Virus record (IMG/VR): IMGVR_UViG_3300017788_000095
Coordinates: 1 to 33,083 of that record
DNA length: 33,083 nt
Reading direction: 5' to 3' (one strand)
Origin: a virus
Taxonomy: Duplodnaviria; Caudoviricetes
Both the position numbers and the translations under genes were made by a program. The notes under the pieces were generated by a model that was not told the DNA's origin, searched no databases, and saw only the letters and a list, made by a program, of their open reading frames with translations. Shown here piece after piece: positions 1-8,513 of this stretch. Position 1 is the first letter of the stretch. Every line of letters starts with the position of its first letter.

Positions 1-108
1 CATCTCCATAAACAGAGCGAATTCGTCTTTTTCCTTCGACATGGCCCAGGCTTTGGCTTGATGAGCGTAGGGCTGTGTCTTAAAAGGATAGGTGTTACTA
101 TGGTCCAT
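1..108 (-). CDS. SNF2-like SF2 helicase, N-terminal fragment (runs off window start)
   Basis: Hand translation from ATG at 108: MDHSNTYPFKTQPYAHQAKAWAMSKEKDEFALFMEM. The PY.HQ Q-motif and ALFMEM match the lead-in to Walker A in phage SNF2 helicases. Not in the ORF track because it is truncated. Confidence 0.75.
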   Translation of the reverse strand, partial: MDHSNTYPFKTQPYAHQAKAWAMSKEKDEFALFMEM

Positions 109-138
109 ATTATTTCCCGTTCTCTAGGATAATCCTAG

Positions 139-1599
139 TCATCCGATTTCGTAGAAAAGACTGGTTTGCGGCTGCACCAGGTGCAAGTTGTGCCTCGCTC
201 TAGTCATTCCTACGTAAAACACCCGAGCTTCGTCGTCCGGGTACTGCTGCATGTACTTGTACGATCTGGCTGCCATGTCTGTCAGCATCAAGACGTTGTC
301 GGCTTCACCACCTTTGACACCATGGATGGTGTTGATCTTGATCCTGGGTTCCTTAGTCAAGCTCTCGCCCTGTCTCCTGGCTGCGATGTAGAACTCGCGC
401 TCTGCAGCAGGAATGTGCGTAAGCTTCTCGTGCCAGATCCCTGGTTCAAGAGCCGTGTCTTGCAGTCCGTATATCCTTTCTTTATCAGTCCTGCGTCTGA
501 GACCCATGAACCGATAGACCAATCTTAAACTGTCGCCGTTGATCTGTTCACCGCGACAAAGCCTTGTCCACGCAATTATTGCTTTGAGACTGTCGGCATC
601 AAGCATGTTCTTCTTGAGCGACTGAAACGGATAACCAGACTTCAGGCAGATCTCTTCTAGTTGCTTAGTGAGGTAGCTGTTTCTGGCGAGCAAGAGCCAG
701 GAGCCTTGGCTGAGGTCAATGTCTTCGGGCGTAAAGTGCCAGTGTACTCCACCCTCAACCTCACTAGGTCTGAACCGTTTGGCAACACGATTCGAGATAC
801 TCGAGATGACTTGACTCGCCAGTCGGTGCACCGCCCTTGGTACGCGGTACGACTGATCAAGGACAATACGCTTTCCAGGTAGTTGAATAAGTCTGTCGAC
901 GTCTGCGCCGGCCCAGCGATAGATAGCCTGATCGTCATCTCCTGCGATGAATCTGTCATTGACGTTCTCCGTTAATTTTTCTACAAAGTCCCACTGCAAG
1001 GCAGACAAGTCCTGTGCCTCGTCGACAAAGACGGCATCGAGCTTAGGCACGATGCCAACCTTCAGCCAGGTCTCAAGCAAGTCAGTGAAGTCCTGCAGTC
1101 CCTGAACCTTCTTGTACTGGGTCAGGGTTCTTGATACTCGATCCAGTTCATGCCAGTCAATGTCGTCGTCGCCACACTCTTCGCAGATCTTCTTGAGTGG
1201 CTGCCGTGTAATCCTGGCTAGGTTGTCAAGGAAGAAGTAGCGATCTCCTAACGGCATCCCTTGCAGCAGACCGTCTTCTGTGTTTGCGTAACCACTGACC
1301 TCGATCCCTAGCTTCTCACCTAACTCGAGGTAGTTAGGACGTTGCATCATGGCCGTTGGCTTCATGCCAAGCTGCCTAAACGCCAAGCTGTGAATCGTTC
1401 TAAAGAAAGGCATGTCGTCTTTGGTAAACCCAAACCGTTCTGCTGCTCGAGTCCTGGCTTCATTGGCAGCCTTCTTGGTGAACGCGATGTAACCAATGCG
1501 GCTTGGACTGATGCCCTTCTCTAGTCGTTCCTCAATGAACCGCATGCCAGCTGTTGTCTTGCCTGTTCCTGGCGGTCCATAGATAATTGTCCACGTCAA
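139..1599 (-). CDS. UvrD/Rep-like SF1 DNA helicase
   Basis: GPPGTGKTT (Walker A), TIHSLA, VDEAQD (Walker B), GDDDQAIY, QSYR, TIHGVKGGE, YVGMTRAR. TTG start overlaps the primase stop. Confidence 0.93.
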   Translation of the reverse strand: MTWTIIYGPPGTGKTTAGMRFIEERLEKGISPSRIGYIAFTKKAANEARTRAAERFGFTKDDMPFFRTIHSLAFRQLGMKPTAMMQRPNYLELGEKLGIEVSGYANTEDGLLQGMPLGDRYFFLDNLARITRQPLKKICEECGDDDIDWHELDRVSRTLTQYKKVQGLQDFTDLLETWLKVGIVPKLDAVFVDEAQDLSALQWDFVEKLTENVNDRFIAGDDDQAIYRWAGADVDRLIQLPGKRIVLDQSYRVPRAVHRLASQVISSISNRVAKRFRPSEVEGGVHWHFTPEDIDLSQGSWLLLARNSYLTKQLEEICLKSGYPFQSLKKNMLDADSLKAIIAWTRLCRGEQINGDSLRLVYRFMGLRRRTDKERIYGLQDTALEPGIWHEKLTHIPAAEREFYIAARRQGESLTKEPRIKINTIHGVKGGEADNVLMLTDMAARSYKYMQQYPDDEARVFYVGMTRARHNLHLVQPQTSLFYEIG

Positions 1600-3083
1600 A
1601 ACACATCTCCGTTCTCGCCAACGTCTGGTGTATCAAAGTTGCCTTCATGCTTCTCAAAAGCGCTGACTGCCCACAGGTTAATGCCCTTGCCCTTGATGTT
1701 GAAGAAGTGATGCTCAGCTCCGTTCTCTCGCAGAATCGACGTGACCTGGTGTACCTTGTAATCCCTGAAATGGTGGCGATCTAAGAATGCCATGAGGTCT
1801 GCCATCCTGAAATAGTGCTTGCCTTCGTCAGTCCAGGGTTTACCAAGCAAGATCTCTTCCTTGGCTTTAGCTTGTACTCGACCAGTGCAGAAGCGTTCGA
1901 TGTACTCGAACAACTGACCCACTGGCGACGCATCAGGAGGAGCTTCGATGACTGTCAGGTTCTCTAGCAAGTGGTTGATGAGCTTAGTCCAAGTGATGTC
2001 ATTCATCTTGGCAGGCAGCACGTTCAAGCGTTCCATACACTTGCGTTGGAACCGACGTTGGTTGTGCAGATCGTCAGTCTCTAATTCCAGCCTACCACCA
2101 CCGTCAATATCCAAGAACCAAATGGGAGGGTTAGTGTCAAACTTTGTGAGGCTGTGAACAGCAGGCATATCGCTGCTAGCCCCAATACCAAACTTACGAA
2201 GCTTGCACACAGCAGCATTACAGTAAGGAGCAATAGGAGGCTTACTACAAGTGTATTGGTAATCTTTTCTCTTCGCAGATTTAATGACCCCTTGTACTTC
2301 TGAGGAGGATAAAGGCGGTTCCATAAGCTGGACATTGAAACCCTCAAGGTCTCCTTCCCAGTTGTCAGGGTTTTTCTTACGGCAGTAAACAGCGATGTTA
2401 AATAGTCCATTGTTGCGTGTTCCTTGTGGAAAGCCTTTAGTTGCAAGATGCTGCAAGCAGGGTGGACCGTCTTCAAAGTCTGACTTGACAGTGATGACAA
2501 GGTCTTCTAGTTGCTTGGCAGTAAAACGGTTGGCTAAAACTTTCTCAGCAAAGACTTCTGGCTTCATGCCTTGGCACCAACGTGTCTTGCCAAAATAAGG
2601 CATGTTGATCCACTGACCGATGTCTCCACGATCTGCGAGGATTTTGGTTTGCTTCGGAAAAATTTCGCAACCACCATAGCCCATGTAAGCAGCTAGGTCT
2701 TTTAGTTTCTGTTGAATCAAACTCGCTTCTACCCATTCGCTTGTGAATAGATACAAGTGAATGCCACCACTCTTACTTGCGCAAGGGAATAGCGGTACAT
2801 TCAGGTCGTGAATAGCTGCGTTGATCTTAGGCAGATCGATGCTGCCGTCATACGTATCAATGTCAATCGCACCAAACTTGCACATTGACTCGTCATTGAT
2901 GGGAATGACGCCAAGGCCTTGTGTTCCTTCGAGGTGCTGTTGCCATAGTTCCTTGGTTATCGGCTCACGAATAGTCGTAGCTTTCCCAGTCAACTTGTTG
3001 TCTTGACGACTACCCTTAATGACGTAGGTTCCATGTGCGCGTGGCAAGCCCTCGAAAATCTCCATGAAATTTTCTATGAGCAT
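1596..3083 (-). CDS. AEP-type DNA primase with PriCT-like domain
   Basis: AIDID (motif I), SKSGGIHLYLF (motif II His), INMPY, then PPCL and GTRNNGLF resembling primase C-terminal domains. Replication-module context. Confidence 0.8.
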   Translation of the reverse strand: MLIENFMEIFEGLPRAHGTYVIKGSRQDNKLTGKATTIREPITKELWQQHLEGTQGLGVIPINDESMCKFGAIDIDTYDGSIDLPKINAAIHDLNVPLFPCASKSGGIHLYLFTSEWVEASLIQQKLKDLAAYMGYGGCEIFPKQTKILADRGDIGQWINMPYFGKTRWCQGMKPEVFAEKVLANRFTAKQLEDLVITVKSDFEDGPPCLQHLATKGFPQGTRNNGLFNIAVYCRKKNPDNWEGDLEGFNVQLMEPPLSSSEVQGVIKSAKRKDYQYTCSKPPIAPYCNAAVCKLRKFGIGASSDMPAVHSLTKFDTNPPIWFLDIDGGGRLELETDDLHNQRRFQRKCMERLNVLPAKMNDITWTKLINHLLENLTVIEAPPDASPVGQLFEYIERFCTGRVQAKAKEEILLGKPWTDEGKHYFRMADLMAFLDRHHFRDYKVHQVTSILRENGAEHHFFNIKGKGINLWAVSAFEKHEGNFDTPDVGENGDVF

Positions 3084-3087
3084 AAAT

Positions 3088-3114
3088 AAAAAACCCGGGG
3101 CTGCGAACCCCGGG
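3088..3114 (-). terminator. Intrinsic terminator after the putative SSB gene
   Basis: Minus strand CCCGGGG-TTCGCAG-CCCCGGG followed by TTTTTT. Confidence 0.8.
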
Positions 3115-3122
3115 CCCTTTCG

Positions 3123-3872
3123 TTAAAACGCGTTGTGAGATTCTGTGTGATCAGCTTCAGGTGCAGCAGTCTTCACTGCGCCTGCCATGACTTGCTGCGC
3201 AAAGTCACGTGCTGCTTGATACAGACCAGGTTCAGTAACAGGTCCTACCATATCGATAGTCCAACCTGCCCATGCGCCTTTGTCATTCTGTTCTGCAACA
3301 GAGCCAAGCTTGTACATGTGACTGAAACGAGCAGGTGTCACTGGGCCACTAGGACCTTGCACCTTCAAGTTGTTCATCAAGCTATTCCAACGACGGTTCT
3401 TCTTGAGCTGCGTGCTTGACATGGTAATCAAGCCAGGCTCCATGACGCCAGTATCTAGCTCAACACGAATCACAAAGTGGTAGGCTGTCTCAACAAGGAT
3501 GTTGCCTGCAGCTGTAGTCAATTTGCCGTTGATGTTCTTGGCATCAGTAACGACTGTGCTTGTAATTGCATGTTGACCAACCAAGCCACCACCCTGTTCA
3601 CGTGGACGCCACTCAACGAACTCGCGCTTGTACGCGCAAGGAATGACGACAATATCTTTGAACACCTCTTCAGTAACGGTGTTGAAGATCATACCGGCCT
3701 TCGCATCAGGCAGCGTGTCTAGTTGTGGAGAAAGCTTTTGCAAGATGTTAAAGAAAGGAATCGCCATATCCTGGCTTGTCATTCCCTCCATGCCCATGCC
3801 TGCGTCAGCAGCAAAGTCAATCACAGCCAGGGCGCCACCCTGTTTCTTTTCGGCTACTTCGTTCTTGGCCAT
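3123..3872 (-). CDS. Putative ssDNA-binding protein of the phage replication module
   Basis: 249 aa with strong RBS (AGAAAGGA). IPFFNILQKLSPQ and EFVEWRPREQGGG motifs, beta-rich aromatic core, C-terminal Phe. Function inferred from context. Confidence 0.55.
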   Translation of the reverse strand: MAKNEVAEKKQGGALAVIDFAADAGMGMEGMTSQDMAIPFFNILQKLSPQLDTLPDAKAGMIFNTVTEEVFKDIVVIPCAYKREFVEWRPREQGGGLVGQHAITSTVVTDAKNINGKLTTAAGNILVETAYHFVIRVELDTGVMEPGLITMSSTQLKKNRRWNSLMNNLKVQGPSGPVTPARFSHMYKLGSVAEQNDKGAWAGWTIDMVGPVTEPGLYQAARDFAQQVMAGAVKTAAPEADHTESHNAF

Positions 3873-3877
3873 TTGAG

Positions 3878-4405
3878 TTATCCTTTCTTAATGGTTGCTT
3901 TCTGCCCGATGTAAATACCTAACAGGTCGAAGGGCAAGTTCTTTCCTGTCTCCACCTGTTCACGCACAAACGCTTTAAACGTCTGTGGATGAACGCCGGT
4001 CTTGTCGGTGTATGACGTACCGTTGTCTGTCAAGAATCTCTTGAAGTCTCCGGCTCTGTCGTCTTCACCTTTGCCAAAGCTAACTGTCACGTCGTTCTTG
4101 ATCAGGTCGCCATGGTTGTTGTCTCGCAGCCACTGCATTGCTTCATCATATTTCTCTTTTGGTGGACTTGCTTGGTAGTACGGTTTAACCGATACCTTGC
4201 TGCCATCAACGAGTTTAAATTCGCTAATGCCGCATTCAGTCATTGCTTCAGGCAAGTCTCGTTCTTGTACCTGCTGCAAGGCTTCTTGCTTTTCTTTTAG
4301 CTGTGCTTCTAAGTTCTCAATCTCTTGTTCAAGCGCAACCTGTTTGGCTGCAAGCTCGGCAACGACCTTGAGACTGTCGTCGCCTGGGGTGACATCAGTA
4401 GTCAT
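3878..4405 (-). CDS. Conserved phage protein with N-terminal coiled coil
   Basis: 175 aa, RBS GAGGAG, LPEAM / WLRDNNHGDLIK / VHPQTFKAFVRE motifs. Tightly packed in the operon. Confidence 0.7.
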   Translation of the reverse strand: MTTDVTPGDDSLKVVAELAAKQVALEQEIENLEAQLKEKQEALQQVQERDLPEAMTECGISEFKLVDGSKVSVKPYYQASPPKEKYDEAMQWLRDNNHGDLIKNDVTVSFGKGEDDRAGDFKRFLTDNGTSYTDKTGVHPQTFKAFVREQVETGKNLPFDLLGIYIGQKATIKKG

Positions 4406-4718
4406 CGCTTCTCCTCATCAAATCAAATTCGACCACGTAATACCGCATCTCTTGCCGATCCCACTTCAACACTTTCATGCGTCCGTTGTTCAGCATCGTA
4501 GCTACGGCGCCGGCTACTGCGATGGCAGCAGGATCGCCAACCATCAGTAGATAATCCTCGTCCGTAAACCTAGCAAGCCCACGCTTTAGCCTGGATACAG
4601 TAGGCGCAGCACTGTAAGCCACATTGCCCGGAGGCAATAGCACGCGCAACTCTCCATACTGCTCTGCTGGCATCAGGTTGATCCCGCGAGGTTCCTGAAC
4701 CACATACACCGTCATCAT
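4395..4718 (-). CDS. Hypothetical phage protein (alpha/beta)
   Basis: 107 aa, RBS AGAAAGGAGA, DYLLMVGDP and VLKWDR motifs. Overlaps the next gene. Confidence 0.7.
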   Translation of the reverse strand: MMTVYVVQEPRGINLMPAEQYGELRVLLPPGNVAYSAAPTVSRLKRGLARFTDEDYLLMVGDPAAIAVAGAVATMLNNGRMKVLKWDRQEMRYYVVEFDLMRRSDDY

Positions 4719-4737
4719 TTCTCCTTTCTGTTTATTG

Positions 4738-4761
4738 AGTATATCACATTATTGGCAATAA
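4738..4761 (-). promoter_or_regulatory. Extended -10 promoter candidate with adjacent palindrome
   Basis: Minus strand TGaTATACT (4738-4746), preceded by the inverted repeat TTATTG-G-CAATAA (4749-4761) in a short intergenic gap. Confidence 0.45.
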
Positions 4762-4762
4762 C

Positions 4763-5170
4763 CTAAGATTTAAAGATTAAATCCGCGATGTTTTGCCAAC
4801 GCCAAGGCTTGCTAAAGACATGGGGATCTGGAATCAGGGCCCATTGAATTTTGCAAGCACCATCCTTGACGGGTTCCAATAGTTCGGCAACAGCCAAGAC
4901 TGATTCGGCTCTGAACACGATGATGTCGTTGTCTTTCCTAGCTAGTACAAAGACTCGTCCCTTCTCTTTGCAGCGGCGGCTGAAGAATGAAATCTGACTT
5001 GTTCTGAAATAAAGGTAGTTGCCCTTCATCATCTTAAGTTCGATCCAAACTTCTGAGCCGTCATAGCACGCATTGACATCGGGTTGTCCTATACCAGCGA
5101 GGTTCTCAATCCTGGTCAGGTGTCCTGGCAGGCGGTCCCTGATCAAAGTCCACAGGGTAGACTCGCGCAT
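4763..5170 (-). CDS. PD-(D/E)xK nuclease (VRR-NUC / Holliday junction resolvase-like)
   Basis: Start reassigned to ATG 5170 (MRESTLW). RIEN...GQPDV...WIELK...SQ catalytic pattern. Confidence 0.8.
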   Translation of the reverse strand: MRESTLWTLIRDRLPGHLTRIENLAGIGQPDVNACYDGSEVWIELKMMKGNYLYFRTSQISFFSRRCKEKGRVFVLARKDNDIIVFRAESVLAVAELLEPVKDGACKIQWALIPDPHVFSKPWRWQNIADLIFKS

Positions 5171-5477
5171 AAGGTGTCTCCTCAAGTTTAAGAGCCGCGC
5201 CCCAAATTTGCAGGTACACGCCAGACAGTTCTGGACTAGCGGAGTCTTTGAAGTTCGTGTAATCGATCTCCTCAACCATTTGACCGAGTCGCTTTGCAAC
5301 GGCTGACTTAGACAAGTGAATGCGATACCGATAGTCCGCGTCAGGGGTGTACTGAGGGATGCTGCCCTTGAAGTTGTCAGTAATATGATGCGGTTGGCGA
5401 GCACGAACCATGACCATGTTCTTATCGGCCTTGTTCTGAACGATACTCAACAACCCTGCTTTAGTAAAAATCCACAT
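5106..5477 (-). CDS. Hypothetical phage protein
   Basis: 123 aa, RBS AAGGAGA, MWIFT...VRAR...DYRYR...IDYTNFK pattern. 3' end overlaps the nuclease gene by 65 nt. Confidence 0.7.
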   Translation of the reverse strand: MWIFTKAGLLSIVQNKADKNMVMVRARQPHHITDNFKGSIPQYTPDADYRYRIHLSKSAVAKRLGQMVEEIDYTNFKDSASPELSGVYLQIWGAALKLEETPYARVYPVDFDQGPPARTPDQD

Positions 5478-5487
5478 AAGTTCTCCT

Positions 5488-7362
5488 TTATTTGCTATCG
5501 CCCCATGTAGGTCCCATTTCTAAATCGACCTTGATGGGTACTGCTATTTTAACACAGTGCTCCATGATGTTCTGAATTCGTTCGCCATGAGCCCGATCCT
5601 TTACACTAAAGCAAAGTTCGTCGTGCACTTGAATGTGAGCGATCTCGCCTGCTTTGTACAGATCGACCATGGCTTTCTTTGTCATGTCTGCAGCACCACC
5701 TTGAATCAAGGCATTCAGTGCCTTGTGTGTCATCGACCTACGTAAAGGTCTGCCTTGCCACACCTTGTCTGCCTGTTCACGAGACAGTGGGTTCTCGCGG
5801 TTAGGCCAAGTGTTCTGACTATCTGCCGGTTCCCAAAGATCAAAGTGCCGTTTGCGTCCAAGCAAAGTTTTGATCCAGCCTTTCTGCGTGGCTGATTGTG
5901 TGCAACGTTGGCTGAGTTGCCTGACGAACGGAACCCGGTCGTGGTACTGCTCAAACAAGGGACGAGCTTCGTCTTGACTGAGACCAAGTTCTTGACTGAG
6001 CTTGTAAATGCCCATGCCATAGAACATACCGAGGTTCACGGTCTTGGCTTGCTTACGCTTGATGCCGGCCATGTCAGCAACCATTTGGTGGAAGTCAGTA
6101 TCAGCAGATTCAGAATAAGTCCTGACCGCTTCTTCACTGCCTTTTAAACCAAGCAGATCTGCATAGTGCACCAAGATCCTAGGTTCTTGCTGGCTGTAGT
6201 CGCAGCTAGCCCACTCCATGCCTTCATCAGGCAAGAACAAACCGCGAATCAAGGGTCCCCAATGCTCGTCACGAGCTGGCACTTGCTGCAAGTTAGGCAT
6301 CGAGCTGCTGAACCGTCCTGACCTAGTGCCTGACTCGTCTTTACGCAGCGCGTGAAACTGACAGTGGATGCGACCTGAGTGTTCCATCTTAAGGACCATG
6401 CCCTCAATAAAATCACGGCGCATCTTATTTAGTTTACGATACTCAGCAATCTTCTTAGGAACAGGAAGTTCGTGGCTTGCCAACCAGTCGCCAGTAAACG
6501 AGGCATTGCCCTTAGCCGTCTCAGGATACCAGATGTCAAGCTTCTTAAACGCTCTACCAAGATCATCTCCTGACCATGGGTCGATTACGTAACCGACGAG
6601 ATCTCTCAGTTCGCCGAGTAACCTGGCTTCGTCTTTTAAGCCTTGGTCGTTTAGCTGCTCGGCTTTATCGACGTCAACGCGGACGCCCCTAAACCGCATG
6701 TCAAGCATGATGGGTACAAGATCAGACTCGAGGACGAAGATGTCCCACAAGTCTTCTTGCATCAAGATCTTTTTCTGAAGATCGTAAATACGGAGTGGAA
6801 GAGCTGCGTCGGCTTCGGCATAGGGACCCACGTACCTGGCCGGCAGTTTCCAAAGTCCTCCCTTGGGATCGACACCAGCAGCATGGGCCGCTTGTCTAAG
6901 TAGCGTTTCATCTTTGTCTTCGCCAAGGTACTTCTTAGCAAGCGCCGAGAGGCTGTAGCTGGACTGGTTCTCGTCAATAAGCGGCTCCGCGATTTGGATG
7001 TCGCGTATGGGACCATTGACTTGAACGCCTTCTGCACGCAACCACTCAAGGTCGTATATGAGATTCGCCCCTATCTTCTCCGTATCTTTTGCAAGCACGT
7101 CTTCAAGGAAGCGAAGCACATGCTGCTTGTCAAGATTATCGCCGCCGCCGTGGGCAAAAGGAAAATACCAAGCTTGGTCTTCAGTCGCAAGACTCACCCC
7201 CACAACTTCCCCGTCGTACCTCACGCCGCCCGGTCCTCTCTCCATCAGATGCGGATCCCTGGTCTCGCAGTCCAAAGAGATCCTCTTGACGTTCGTCAAA
7301 TTCGGGAACTCCTTTGGAGGCTGCCAACCTGAGTTCGGCATAAACATTGTCAACTGTTCCAT
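5488..7362 (-). CDS. polA: DNA polymerase family A with 3'-5' exonuclease
   Basis: ExoI LDCET, ExoII NLIYD, ExoIII YAEADA. TRSGRFSSSMPNLQQ, motif A DYSQQEPR, motif B KQAKTVNLGMFYG, motif C QVHDEL. Start placed at ATG 7362 (MEQLTMF). Confidence 0.95.
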   Translation of the reverse strand: MEQLTMFMPNSGWQPPKEFPNLTNVKRISLDCETRDPHLMERGPGGVRYDGEVVGVSLATEDQAWYFPFAHGGGDNLDKQHVLRFLEDVLAKDTEKIGANLIYDLEWLRAEGVQVNGPIRDIQIAEPLIDENQSSYSLSALAKKYLGEDKDETLLRQAAHAAGVDPKGGLWKLPARYVGPYAEADAALPLRIYDLQKKILMQEDLWDIFVLESDLVPIMLDMRFRGVRVDVDKAEQLNDQGLKDEARLLGELRDLVGYVIDPWSGDDLGRAFKKLDIWYPETAKGNASFTGDWLASHELPVPKKIAEYRKLNKMRRDFIEGMVLKMEHSGRIHCQFHALRKDESGTRSGRFSSSMPNLQQVPARDEHWGPLIRGLFLPDEGMEWASCDYSQQEPRILVHYADLLGLKGSEEAVRTYSESADTDFHQMVADMAGIKRKQAKTVNLGMFYGMGIYKLSQELGLSQDEARPLFEQYHDRVPFVRQLSQRCTQSATQKGWIKTLLGRKRHFDLWEPADSQNTWPNRENPLSREQADKVWQGRPLRRSMTHKALNALIQGGAADMTKKAMVDLYKAGEIAHIQVHDELCFSVKDRAHGERIQNIMEHCVKIAVPIKVDLEMGPTWGDSK

Positions 7363-7789
7363 AGTGAATCCATTCACCTTTCCATAAGTCGGCTGCTTGG
7401 TTGTGTGCATAGGGCTCTATGAAAACAATTCGTTTGCAGCCAGTGTTCATCAATAACTTTACGCACGTGATGCATGGACTCACCGTAATGTACGCGGTCT
7501 CGATGCGTTGTGTGTCTTGGCATTGCAGCATCGCGTTCTGCTCGGCGTGGATCGCTTCGCATTGATCCAACCCCATGCCAGGTTTAAAACCAGCGCCAGC
7601 GCATGGGTGATCAAGACAGTGGTCACGCCCACGAGCAACACCGTTATACCCAGTAGCGAGAACGTGACGATTACTATCCACGAGTACACATCCCACACGA
7701 CGTCTCCGGCACGTCGCGCGTAATGAGACAAGAGCTGCCATAGCCAGAAAGTACGCATCTTGATCAGGTCTCTTGAATACCGTTGCCAT
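7181..7789 (-). CDS. dCMP deaminase
   Basis: ATC.RR.VGCVLVD, ATGYNG, HAEQNA and SPCITC zinc motifs. ATG 7789 with GGAG RBS. Confidence 0.92.
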   Translation of the reverse strand: MATVFKRPDQDAYFLAMAALVSLRATCRRRRVGCVLVDSNRHVLATGYNGVARGRDHCLDHPCAGAGFKPGMGLDQCEAIHAEQNAMLQCQDTQRIETAYITVSPCITCVKLLMNTGCKRIVFIEPYAHNQAADLWKGEWIHYGTVDNVYAELRLAASKGVPEFDERQEDLFGLRDQGSASDGERTGRREVRRGSCGGESCD

Positions 7790-8513
7790 TTGCTTGCTCC
7801 CATAGCCAGTCAATCAATTCATCGCCATCCTCGAACCATGGCACAATGATGGCTGGTCCTTCTGTGGCTTTGCCCAATAGATCTTCTGCTGCTGACCACT
7901 GTTCTTCATACAAGTGCATGCTGCCTGCTTGCAAGATTAAGTTGCCAAGTTCTGGCTTTTGCTTGAGATGACAGATCACGTAGCGTGCAAGCATGCTGAA
8001 ATTGAAGACGTCATACGGCCAACCAAGCCACAAGTCTGAACTGCGCATGGTATCTACTACGTGCAAATGCCCATCACGAATTAAGAACTGAATCGAGACC
8101 GTGCATGGAATGTCCTTACTAGGCCTTGGGTTTGGACGCCAAATGGTCAAGACCGCTTGCCGTGTATCAGGGTCACTGTTTAAGGCATCAATCACAAAAT
8201 GCAATTGATCGCGAATCATGGGCCCGTAAGCACCGTGGTAAAAGTAACCATCATCACTGAAATTGCTGATGGCCTTGCTGTAAGGCGCAATTGTCTTGAC
8301 GCGGTTGTCGCCACTCAAGATCCACGCAGCTTCAGCAGCCATGAACTTGTAGCCAAGCTTGCGCTCCTCAACGGTCAACACGGGAAACTCCATAGGTATC
8401 ATCGTCTGATAACCAAGCAACTCCTTGATTTTCTTACCGCGAGGAGCAACCACGTTGCCCCAACGCATGCACTGTTCAATGGTCTTCAACCATTCTTTGT
8501 TAGTGGATGGCAT
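7764..8513 (-). CDS. Thymidylate synthase-family protein, probable dCMP (hydroxy)methylase
   Basis: AEAAWILSG, AYGP, DPDTRQAV, catalytic PC (DIPC), MRSSD, SMHLYE. GWPYD has Asp where dUMP-specific ThyA has Asn (GLPFN). Confidence 0.85.
   Translation of the reverse strand: MPSTNKEWLKTIEQCMRWGNVVAPRGKKIKELLGYQTMIPMEFPVLTVEERKLGYKFMAAEAAWILSGDNRVKTIAPYSKAISNFSDDGYFYHGAYGPMIRDQLHFVIDALNSDPDTRQAVLTIWRPNPRPSKDIPCTVSIQFLIRDGHLHVVDTMRSSDLWLGWPYDVFNFSMLARYVICHLKQKPELGNLILQAGSMHLYEEQWSAAEDLLGKATEGPAIIVPWFEDGDELIDWLWEQANGNGIQET

Noticed and set aside
124-138. Palindrome CTAGGAT-A-ATCCTAG after the UvrD stop
   Set aside because: Real but isolated, with a 1-nt centre and no T tract or second copy, so no function can be supported.
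5171-5404. N-terminal extension of the 213-aa nuclease ORF
   Set aside because: Lies within the 5106-5477 gene; the nuclease motif begins at ATG 5170.
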